Shown piece after piece: positions 10,641 to 21,000 of a stretch of DNA of 64,000 bases. The stretch comes from Epithemia pelagica (lineage: Eukaryota; Protista; Bacillariophyta): the NCBI GenBank assembly GCA_946965045.2, contig OX337237.1:3224001-3288000 (forward strand), written 5' to 3'. The notes beneath the pieces are model-generated. The model saw only the letters and a list, made by a program, of their open reading frames with translations. It had not been told where the DNA came from and ran no database searches. A program made the position numbers and the translations under genes. The first letter of the stretch is position 1. Each line of letters starts with the position of its first letter.

Positions 10641-10919
10641 TTGATGCGGGTGAAGGTGCGAGTGCGGGGGGTAAGCCCCCGCACTCGCATCAACATTCCT
10701 ACTAGAAACTTAACAGTTATCCGTAGTTTTGTCATGCGAGTGTGCTTCAACGGATAGAATGACAGACGATTACCGATACTCTTCAGCTTTGGCGCGGCAA
10801 ATCGTTGCCCTCGCAGCCCTTGCATGCCCGCAGTGACTTGCACGCAATTTTTGCGAGCGCCCGCGCTAAATTTTTAGATTTGGAGTCCCCCCTCGCACTC
10901 GCACCTGCCCCCGCACCAA
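10641..10919. mobile_element. MITE-like ~280-bp element with imperfect terminal inverted repeats and a perfect internal hairpin
   Basis: Left end TTGATGCGGGTGAAGGTGCGAGTGCGGGGGG aligns to the reverse complement of the right end (TTGGTGCGGGGGCAGGTGCGAGTGCGAGGGGGG). A 14-bp perfect stem at 10657-10670/10676-10689 has a GTAAG loop. No TSD was seen. Confidence 0.45.
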
Positions 10920-11543
10920 AAAGTAGCCTGTTACGCCATGCATTGTAATAAAATAGATTGCATTCCATTTTGTCTCTGTGGATGTTCCTCGTCCTTCTCG
11001 AGATCAGATTGTCGATGTGTGAATGACGTGTTGTGCGCGACTGTTTTGTCCGTAAGACAGACAGTCCGTCAGTCTGCTTGTCGGTAAAACGAGCTCTCTC
11101 CTGTTGTGTCGGCCGGCTCGTTCCTTCCAGCGCGGGAAACCGCGCAACGAAGGATGGAACCGAGCCTGTCGGATGGTACACACTTCAGTACTGTTTGTTC
11201 GAGTGAGTCGATTTACTATAGGATTAAACGTAAAATGGAGTTCGGTCGGCGCTTCCGGTCTCTTTTGTTTGTACTATGAAATCGTGTGCGCCGCACAAAG
11301 CAAACAAGCGAGCGGCCAGTTCCGTTGCGACGTTTGTGCGTCCGTGGATCTCTCGACGACAACAGTCGAACAACAGAGTAAAAAAGTGTGCATGCTGTTC
11401 TCCATGTTCTATTGAGGCTTGTAAAGAAAAAGGGAGAGAGTCCGACAAAAGAGACAAGAAATCTATAGATAGCATCCAGCAACAACCACAACCAAAGTTG
11501 CCAAGCCAATCCACATCCACAACAACACCAACAACACAACATC

Positions 11544-11575
<32 letters not shown>

Positions 11576-12062
11576 CAATCCGTCTTGGCAACCTTGGTTT
11601 GAAACGATTCCAAATTGTGGCACGATCGCAGCAACGTTCGTTGGCTGCTTGTGCAGTATTCTAGACCCTTTTCGATCATTTGCTCCTCCGTCGTGAATTG
11701 GGGTGTGCTGCTCGAGAGCGTGTGTGTATGTGTGTGTGATTCCTGGAAAGGAAGAAAAGAAGCACACTCCTCGCCACAGCCTGACACAACAAACAACAAC
11801 AACAGAGAGACACTATTGATTTCTTGGAGTTGGTGTTGCTTCTCCTGGTTCCGTAATTCCTCTAGTATTACAACAAGAAACGGATTGTGCAAGCCAAAAG
11901 CAGACTGGAAAATAAGGATCGATTCCTCTTTTTTTCTGGTTGGACAATTTCGTTTGTGGGTATTGCCGTCTTGTGCAAAACGCAACACAACCAAAAAAGA
12001 AGAAAGCACAAACAACACAACACACAGACAGTTCGTTGCAGTATTGACTGTTCCATTGGATC

Positions 12063-13304
12063 ATGACGACGATTCAAGATCGCTTGTTGGAAGCGCGGGG
12101 CGATGGCATGGAGGAACAAAAGGAGGAATTGCCAGATCCAGCCTTGGTGGTATCAGCAGCCACTGCGGCAGCAGCTGGAGGAGGAGTACCAGTGGGTGGT
12201 CCCTTGGCACCTTCTTCTCGGGCGGCCATGATTCCTGGCAAACCCGAACCCCTTTCGCCCGACAAGGTCGGTGACGAACATGGCTTTCGAGCGCAATTGG
12301 AAGGCTTGGCCAAGGCCGTGTTTGGAGGATGCGGCAGTGTCATGGACTTTTTTGTGCCAGATAAAAGTCGAACGGCACCACATCCTGCAGGATATCCTCC
12401 TGCTCATGCCGCACATGCGGCGGCGCACTATCCACCACCCCCTGGAGCATCGCCATATGGTGGTGCTGTTGGTGGAGTCTATCCATCAACCATGCCGCCA
12501 CAACCACCCGTGCCGCATCCCCACGATCCGATCGCGGCCGCCTATGGACCCCATTATGGGCCACTGCATCATGCCCCGGATCCAGCCCTGCATCCTGCGC
12601 ATCATTCCCCCTATCATGCTCATCCGTCCATGATGATGCCACCGGGCGCCTATCCTCATCCCCCTCCCCACTACCCTCCTTATGCCCCGCAATTGGTGTA
12701 CAATCAAGAACCGGCCCCGGCCTTGAGCATTGCCGAAGAATTGCGTCAATTGGCCTTGCAACAACAAGCGCCGCAGATTCATCCGGAATATGCCGCACCA
12801 CGGGATATTCCCAAATTTTTGGGCGAAGAAGCGGGCTTTGACGATGACAACATTTCGGCCATTTCCCAACATACCTTGGAAGAAATGGCCCGTCGGAATG
12901 CCCGGATTGCTGCCGCCAACGCGAATGCGGCGAATCAAAATAATGCACAACGAGCAGGAACCGTGGCACCGGCGCCGGGGACTCTTCATCCCCTGTCGCA
13001 ATCGCAACAATCACAGCAAGGGCCCGCCTCCTCGTCGGCTTCCTATGGACCTACGGCAGTCGAAGCCGCCGCACCGACTCGACGACCGTCGTCGCACTCG
13101 GCGCCGCCCACCACGACGAGGACTACAATTACGACAGCAGCACCGATGACCACGGATCGGCCACCCTCTCCCACACGGACCCAAAGCTTGTCCACCTCGA
13201 CGCCACCCAGTACCAACAATACCAACATGAACAACAACAATAATACGAATCTCAAGAATCCACCCTCCAACAACAACGACAATGACAAGACTGTATCCTT
13301 ATAA
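12063..13304 (+). CDS. Hypothetical Pro/His/Tyr/Ala-rich disordered protein
   Basis: 413-aa ATG-initiated ORF with coding-like composition. No domain recognised. Confidence 0.7.
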   Translation: MTTIQDRLLEARGDGMEEQKEELPDPALVVSAATAAAAGGGVPVGGPLAPSSRAAMIPGKPEPLSPDKVGDEHGFRAQLEGLAKAVFGGCGSVMDFFVPDKSRTAPHPAGYPPAHAAHAAAHYPPPPGASPYGGAVGGVYPSTMPPQPPVPHPHDPIAAAYGPHYGPLHHAPDPALHPAHHSPYHAHPSMMMPPGAYPHPPPHYPPYAPQLVYNQEPAPALSIAEELRQLALQQQAPQIHPEYAAPRDIPKFLGEEAGFDDDNISAISQHTLEEMARRNARIAAANANAANQNNAQRAGTVAPAPGTLHPLSQSQQSQQGPASSSASYGPTAVEAAAPTRRPSSHSAPPTTTRTTITTAAPMTTDRPPSPTRTQSLSTSTPPSTNNTNMNNNNNTNLKNPPSNNNDNDKTVSL

Positions 13305-13885
13305 GACAAACGTGGAACAACATTCCAGATACTGTATGTAGAGACAACGAGACACAGACAAGACACCTACCCCAATACAAACTCTCTTGGAAGAGTACCA
13401 CGCGTCGGAACGAATCATCCACAGGTCGTGTGATTGGGGTGGTTCGGTGTTTTGTCCTTTCCTCTCGATACAATACGAAACGTAAGTGTGTGTGTGGACC
13501 ACGTATGGGTCACACGGAGAACGTTTCACACAAGAACGACACGGACCAAAGAAGGACTGACACGCCACAGCAGCAAGAGCAGCAGGTGACGTTGGCAAAC
13601 GAATGGTGGCGAAGCCTTTCACAAGATGGACTGTTTTGTTTGTATACCATATTAGGTACGAGCCCTCCGTTTTGTTTCGAAACGAAGATGCATGTAGTAG
13701 TAGAATGATAGAACAAGACGTTTTCGTAGTAGTACTATGTTTTTTTTTTGGTTCCAGACAAAAGTGTGCCTGGAAGGAAGGATACAACCATGTGTGTGTG
13801 TTTATAACTGGTTTCCAGTCCCCCCTGGGGAAACCCTGTTCTGGATTGTCTAGGTGTGCGTTACTAGATGACATTCACTTTTTGT

Positions 13886-15349
13886 TTAATCGACTGCCAT
13901 TACAAAGTCCAAGACACTTTGACAAAACTCCAGGTTGTTATGAAGCCTTATCGTCGCCGTCGTCGACTCGTTCTTGTTGTTCTGGAGCGGGTGGTGCAAG
14001 TCAACCACTGGTGGTTGTGTTGGGTGTGCTTGTTCATGTTGTTCTTCTTGCAGGACAATCATGTCTTCCAAAAGATACAAGAGGGGACAATGATGAATGC
14101 GATGCATCCAACCAATGTCTTGTTCACTGTACCACAACAAGCCAAGATAGGAGGAGGCGGATAAATCGTTCTTGTCGTCGTCATCGTTCTTGTGGACCTT
14201 TGGGTGCCTGGAGGGGTCCTCCTCCTCCTCCGCTAGTAGTGGACTGCTGGATGATACGGAAGTCCTTCTCCTCCTCTTCCACCACAAAGCAGAAGACGAC
14301 CATGGCTCCTCCTCGTGCTGTGGTGAATTACAATGTGTTTGTGAAAAGGAAAAAGACGACGACGACGACGATGAGAGACACGACGAGAATCGAACTCGTC
14401 GTCGTCGTCGAGAAGATCGTGACGGGGTCACTTGGTTCGGGAGGCTTTGCCGCCGCCGCCGCCATGGTACAACAAGAATGGGTTGCCACCAACATGTGTT
14501 TGTTCCAGTCATGGTGGTGGTACCAGACGGTCGTCCCTGGTTGGAACGACGACGACGACTCCAGGAAAGGACGGCAAGGGCCGAAGAAGACCACCCCCAT
14601 CCTGGATGCACCAATCTCACTAATTGCCCATTCACACCGTCCTCACTTGTTGTTGTGGGGTGCTGAGACGCATCGTCGGAGGACGATGAGGATGAAGAAG
14701 AAGAAGAAGTTGTCGAAAAGGGCGAGACGGGTCGGGAGGGTGCCAAGGATGACTCGGACAAAGAATAGCAAGGGTCTTGTTGTTGTTGTTGTTGTTGTTG
14801 GTTGTCGTCCTTTGTGGACATTGGTGCAGTCGATACGGTGTTGCTGCTGGGTTGTCGCAAACAAGATTTGAGGAGCCGTGGTGGTGAAGAAGATGATGAT
14901 GATAATGGTTGGCCGCCTGGTGCTTTGCCTTGTGATCGTTGTCGTGGAGGAAGGGATAGGAGAGACCACCGTTGTTGTAGGAGTGGTCGTGACACGGAAC
15001 ACCAATAACTGTAGTGTTGTTGCCAAAACGATCCAGCCACTTGGCGTCGTTCACGTTGGCGTTGTCGCCGACGACAATGGTTCCTCCACAAAAGACGACA
15101 TTCTTGGCACAATGTTGTTGTCGCCGTCGGCGTGGTGCTTCGCCGACTGGACAATGACAAACGACTCGGTGGGACACGAGGACGACGAGAGTGTGATTGT
15201 GACGACGAGGAGGAGGAATCCTTCGTTGGTACCTTTTTCTTGCATACAGACACGGAAGGATGACCATTCGACTTGTCGTCGTCGTTTGAGTCCAGCGGGT
15301 CGTTCCAGACTGGCACTTCGTCTTCTTCTTCTTGTTTGAGTTGAGACAT
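13886..15349 (-). CDS. Hypothetical S/R-rich protein, possibly a divergent member of the VxF...WY family
   Basis: ORF 13886..15664 with plausible ATG at 15349 (MSQLKQEEE). It contains RRRVRFS and LLWYSEQDI but no clear GLE motif. Confidence 0.55.
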   Translation of the reverse strand: MSQLKQEEEDEVPVWNDPLDSNDDDKSNGHPSVSVCKKKVPTKDSSSSSSQSHSRRPRVPPSRLSLSSRRSTTPTATTTLCQECRLLWRNHCRRRQRQRERRQVAGSFWQQHYSYWCSVSRPLLQQRWSLLSLPPRQRSQGKAPGGQPLSSSSSSPPRLLKSCLRQPSSNTVSTAPMSTKDDNQQQQQQQQDPCYSLSESSLAPSRPVSPFSTTSSSSSSSSSSDDASQHPTTTSEDGVNGQLVRLVHPGWGWSSSALAVLSWSRRRRSNQGRPSGTTTMTGTNTCWWQPILVVPWRRRRQSLPNQVTPSRSSRRRRRVRFSSCLSSSSSSSFSFSQTHCNSPQHEEEPWSSSALWWKRRRRTSVSSSSPLLAEEEEDPSRHPKVHKNDDDDKNDLSASSYLGLLWYSEQDIGWMHRIHHCPLLYLLEDMIVLQEEQHEQAHPTQPPVVDLHHPLQNNKNESTTATIRLHNNLEFCQSVLDFVMAVD

Positions 15350-17640
15350 GATGATACGAGAAAACGGAATGACTGGTAGTGCTGAAATAAGATAGATAAC
15401 GAGAGAAACAGATTGAAAAGACGAACCAAAAAGACAGAATGAAGGAATGAATGAGCACGACACTCTGCAAACAATGAAACGAGAAAAAACGCAACGGTCC
15501 GCAAACAAACAAAACTCACATGTCAAGAAGAAGAAGAGGGGGAAACACAATGGAGAGGAGGATACGAATGAATGCGAAGGTTGTCTTCTCGTTTGTTGCA
15601 CAAAGACAGAGGGCTTGACCACGCACAATGATGCCTCTTTCCACTCCGGAGGAGGAAGGAGCACTTTCTATTCTACGACCGCCCCTACCAGTAGTAGTAG
15701 ACAAGTAGGAGAGTTCGTTTTTACTTTGCACCCAGAGTTTGTTTGCAGATTGCAAACACGAAGCAGATTCCTTGTTTCGTTGGTCTACTACACCAATGGT
15801 TTTGGGGACATGTCTGCCGATTCGGATTGACGGCGTGTTGCGTGTTGCGTGTTGCGTGTTGTTTGTTGCCGCTGTGGTTGCGCGTTGCGCAGGAATCTTA
15901 GCCATCACACCCGTGCGAAACCGGAACGTCGTCATTTCGTCACGTCAATATCGGTCAATGAACAATCACATAGAACGGATGATCGAACGACTCCTAGCTA
16001 GAGCCTGTCTCCATCTCGCATGAGAAGTACCTACTCAGGAAGCCCGACGTCCATAAAAGTGTAATCCTGTGTCCCACTGGAACCACTGGCAAAGCAGAAA
16101 TGCACCAAGAACATATGTTGTGGACGGCAGACGCCTCCGCCGCCCATTGCGGTTCATTCATTTGTCGAGCTCTAGCAGCTACCTGTTCCTCTCTCTAGCT
16201 AGCTCCCTAGCTACCGTAGTTCTCGAAAGCCCCTGTCGTCCTTCTGGACCAGAAATGGAACAAGATTTCTAGGTAGGCCACACAATATCCTTTTTCATCT
16301 GTAGAACGATCTTGGAACAGAGAGTGGAACGAACAGGGTTTCAATTTTATGCTCCATATGTGTCTATGATTGGAGAACCAAGGCAACAACGAGACAGAAG
16401 AGTCAATCGGTCAGTCACGTCATGTCAAGATAATTTCAAACTGCCAGACACGAATGGATTCGGAAGCAAGTTGTAGAAGTCGCCTCGAGGCATTCTACAA
16501 CGAGCATGAATGCACTCTGACTTTTCTGCCTCGGGGCATGAGAGGCACAGAATTCAACATCGAGAATTCTGCTTCCTTGGTCGTTCCGCGCAATTCTCTG
16601 GTTGCGGTGTGGCAGCTGTCGGCGGCTGAAGTTCTGCGCGCGTCCTTTTCGCGACTCAAGAATGACCCAAGATTCCCGAAAAGATGCTAGGCCATAAAAA
16701 AGGAAACCATGGACTACTACTGGAACGAGGAACAGTTCAGAGGATTGACAATTTAAAACAATAGCAAACAAAAAGGAAAAAGAGCTTTCTGTACAAAAGG
16801 TTTCCGACGACACACTGTTATCAGTCGTGTTGGGCTTGTGCTAGCATGGCAGCCAGAAAGCAAGAGGGTTGGGATAGTTGGTGGGAGGTGGCGGTCATGA
16901 GAAGATTCGCCGCCTCTTGTTCCAACGCTTGTCGTCGTACTAGTTCGGGGCTGCTGCTGTTCCTCCACAAACCATTCAATCGTCGTCGGTGCTCTTGCAC
17001 TTGCCAATGAGCATCTTGAATATCCAAAACACGATGGATCAATTGTTGCCGACATTCCTTCTTGTCCAAATACAAGGCACGAATGGTCGTCTTTTCCATA
17101 CCCACTCGCTCCTCATCCAGAACTTGTTTCAAGAGTTGCCAATCTTGCAGATTCTCGTGCAAAAAGGTCGTGAGTGTGTCCTCGTCATGATGATTTCTTG
17201 GGGTTCTTCTTGTTTTTTGGCTCGACGAGGACGATGGGGTGGTTTCACTGGTTCTTGACAAGGTACAGGTTATATGCAAGCGTTCCACGATATTGCGATA
17301 GGAAGATGGATTTGAGCGGTGACCCGATCGTCGTTCATCACGCAAGATTCGCTTGGCCGTGGCGATATGATGGTCCTTGAAAGCCTTGTATTCGTCCGAT
17401 GTGTACCAAAATGTGGTCGAATCGCTTTCTACTCGTTCTTCAAGATCTTGTTGTTGTTCGTACCACAAATTGGCCGATTTGTCAAAGGTGACTTGTTTTC
17501 TTCTTGGGGTGGTTACTGTCGCAGGATCTGTCGTTGTGAGTTTGATGAGACTGGAGACTTGATGATCATGATGGTGTGGTGGTAAGTGTGGGAGGAGACT
17601 CGCGACCTCGACGGTGGAGGAAATAGAATGATCGTCACTG

Positions 17641-18039
17641 AGCGAAAGAAAACTTAGATACCAGTAACACTTACTGTAGACTGGCTTGAGCTCTTGAGGT
17701 GATCAAGCTCGTGAGGTCAAGCCAGTAGGACGATGATAATACGATGGTAATGCAATTTGGACAATTTCTAAGATTGTGAGCATTAGACTAAAGTTATTTC
17801 GAACGACGACTCTTGTGATTTTTCAAACTAGAACGCATCCACATGTATAGTCCATGTAGCACATGAGATGCACATAGATTAACCGACCAAAGAAAATTGC
17901 TAACACATAATGTGTGATTGCTAACACATAATGTGTGATCGACTGAGGTGCGATACACATTGTGTGTTGCACATAATGTGTCACACATACGGTGGTGCGT
18001 TATAGCCGTTGACCGTTGTGCACATAGATTTCCATAACT
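17641..18039 (-). repeat. 3' LTR of element 1
   Basis: Direct repeat of 24197-24595. One mismatch was found by eye (G17683 vs A24239). Confidence 0.97.
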
Positions 18040-18048
18040 CTCCCTCTC
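18040..18048 (-). promoter_or_regulatory. Polypurine tract of element 1
   Basis: Element-sense GAGAGGGAG immediately precedes the 3' LTR. Confidence 0.8.
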
Positions 18049-18057
18049 ACAATGGTG

Positions 18058-21000
18058 TCACCAACCTTGGTTCTGCTTCCGATTCGCGATAAACTTTTCA
18101 GCGACCAAACCTTTCGTGAGATAGTCGGCACGTTGATCATGGGTGGAGATTTTCGAAACCTTGGCGAAACCATCATTGACGTATTCCCAGAAGAAGTGTA
18201 ACTTGCAGTTGAGCCACTTGGATCGATCAGTGAGGCGTTGATTGTTTGCTAGAAGGAAGGCCGAGTTGTTGTCTTCGAAAACCTCTGCAAGAATCTGGGG
18301 TGTGTCGGTGGTGAAAGGAAGGCAAGCGACCATGTCCTGGAGAACTCGTTGAACCACTATCAATTGTCGCATGGCGGCAGACAAGGCGACGTACTCAGCA
18401 TGGAATGTTGAGAGGGCCGTTTCGGTCTGGAGTTTAGACTTCCACAAGAGCGGGCTACCACAGAAGAAGAGGATGTAGCCTGTCCTCGACTTTGCACTTG
18501 TTGGGTTGTCTTGGTCCTCTCTGCCGTGCAAGCCGGCAAAGTCCGCGTCGACATAACAATCAATCTTGTAGTTGTTGTTGGGTGTGAAGATTGTTCCACG
18601 GTTGACGGTGCCGGACAAGTATCGAACGATCATCTTCACAGCAGAGGCATGGGATTGTTTGGGTTGGGATCCAAAGCGTGCAACTTGGCTGACGGCGAAA
18701 GCGATGTCGGGCCGAGTATTTGTTGACAAGTACAAGAGCATTCCAATGACCGAAGGATAGGACCAAGCTTCTTTCATTGGAGGGCCAGTGGGATCGGACC
18801 CGAGTGCAGTCGTCGAGGCTGGTGTTTTGTTTGGGTTGCAGTTGTCCATTTGTGTTGCTTGGACAATCTTGTTGATTAAGCCGGGTTATGTCATGGTGAT
18901 GGTGTTTGCCGTTTTGTCGACCACAAATTTGATACCAAGGTACTCCGCAAAGTCACCATCTTGGGTTAGCTCAAACCCTTTCTTGTTCAACCGAGCGACA
19001 AAGTCATCGTCATCGTCTGGAAGGAACTGAAATGTACTATCACCAAATAGACGGGACCATTCGGGCGATTGAAAGTCAGGCAAATTGGTGGGATCCGTCG
19101 CAATGGTTTCGAACCAGTCGTCGAAAACGACGTGAAATTGTGGCGTGATGGCGCCAGTACTTGGATTCAGAACGAGTGGGACGGAGCTGGCGTGGTTTGG
19201 GCTTAGGCCCATAAACATACAGCGATGGGAACGAGGTTTCCATCTAGGAAGTTTTCGGCCGTCGGAGATCTTCTTGTCCAGAACGTAGACTGGGCAGCCC
19301 CATACGTGCAAGTCATGAAACCGGTTGTGCTCGAATCGTGTTCGAGTGAAAATGTCGTTAGGGCTGAGACCTGTTGTTGGATGTGGGACATGGTTGAAAA
19401 GATAGGCGGCATGTCGGACGGCCATCGGCCATAACGAAGAATCGGCAAGGTCCGGCCAGTGGATTGCAGAATGAAGCATCATTGTTCGAGCGATGCTCAT
19501 TATGGACTGGATGGCTCGCTCAGCGACACCATTGTGGTGGTGTGCTCCCACACCAGCAAATCGTTGTATTTGCCAAAATTGTTGAAGGTGGCTCGTGTAT
19601 TCCTTCGATGTGAAGGCAGAGCCATTGTCGGATAGGTATTGTTGTGGTACCACACCGACGTCACGACACTTCAATTCGAACGATTCCTTGGCTTTGAGCG
19701 TTTCATGTGTGCTCAAATGGGTTTGGAAGATGCAATCCACATGTCCGCTTGCCATATCGACGAAGATGGCTCCTCCACAGTACATGCGGTCGTCTTTTGT
19801 TTTGCCTTTTGACTCAAACAGCCGTCCTTTGGTCGAACAAACAAAGTGATCGACGGCAATGCATTGTCCTGGTAGGAGGTGGTCTCGTTTCAAGGCGCCA
19901 TCTCTAGCTGATTCGACCTTTGTAGTTCGTCCTGGTGCTGATCGTTGGCGTTGTTTGCCAAACTGGCAGGCAGCACACATTGGAGGATGGGTCAATCGAC
20001 TTGCCTGGGCATGGAGTTTTCGTTGTGCCTCCGAGGTGGCAAGGACACCCGTGTGCATGAGGAATTGTACTGCCTTGAAGTTGATATGGCCGAGTCGTAT
20101 GTGCCATTTCATCAATTCTCGTTGGACTGGGTTTAGGTTGATGTTGTTGTTGTGTACCGTAGTGATGGTGTTGGCCAAAGTCGCAGTGGCTGCCTTGAGT
20201 CCTTGAGTGTCGTAACCGTAGGAAGTTGGTAGGTTGTTGACGGGGTTGAGGAGGACATCAATCGAACGGCAAAACTTGTCTTTCTTGACACCGCTGAGAG
20301 TCAAACCACGTGGATTGATGGAGATGGTCTCTCCTTGGTAGGTTTGAAGGAGACTGGAAGTGCTGAGAAGGCGGATCTTGGCCTCTGGGATGTATAAAGC
20401 AGGCACTTTCAGCGCTCTGAGCATTCCAGATGTATCCAAAACATGCCACAGGACGGTTCCTCGTCCTTTCACTTCAACATCACTTGCAATACCGTTGACT
20501 TTGAGTTGTTCCACTGTTTCTGGAGAGGTATCCAAGGTACCATGGAAGTCGTCCTCACAGAAACTCATCGAGACACTGGCACCCGAATCCCAAACGATAG
20601 GGTAGCACGCTCCGTTGGGCATGGCCGCTCGTAGTTGTGTAGGAGACTGAAGGCTGGCTTTGAGTAGGGTGTCAGCATCAGCCTGAGAAAACATGAAGGC
20701 AGCAGCAGTTGGTGGATATTTCGGGTGCTTGGATGGACGGAGAGGTGAACCAAACGGAGGTTTGGCGACGTTTTTGGGGACGTTGAAATCAAAGCGACGG
20801 CTTGGTGGAACGTTGTGTGGCCAACCAACAGGACGAGGTGGAGATTGTCGTTGACTTGTAGGACGAAAACCACGGCGTCGTTGTTGGTGAATGAATTGGC
20901 AACGGTGTCGTTGGCGACGGATGTGATCACCACGGAGTTGGCGTCGACGTTTTGTTGTGTCAGGAACGCAAGTGTTGGTGTTGTTGATGGTTGCTTCTCC

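Noticed and set aside
16370-16690. Short isolated ORFs (16370..16690, 32514..32792, 35785..35988, 57698..58096, 1716..2059)
   Set aside because: No recognisable domain, weak or non-ATG starts and no paralog support, so they cannot be supported from sequence alone.
17880-18000. CRISPR-like repeat arrays (LTR motifs, 44727-44832 leader, 26601-26667)
   Set aside because: Units are too short or directly tandem, there are no regular unique spacers and no cas genes, and the context is eukaryotic TE sequence.
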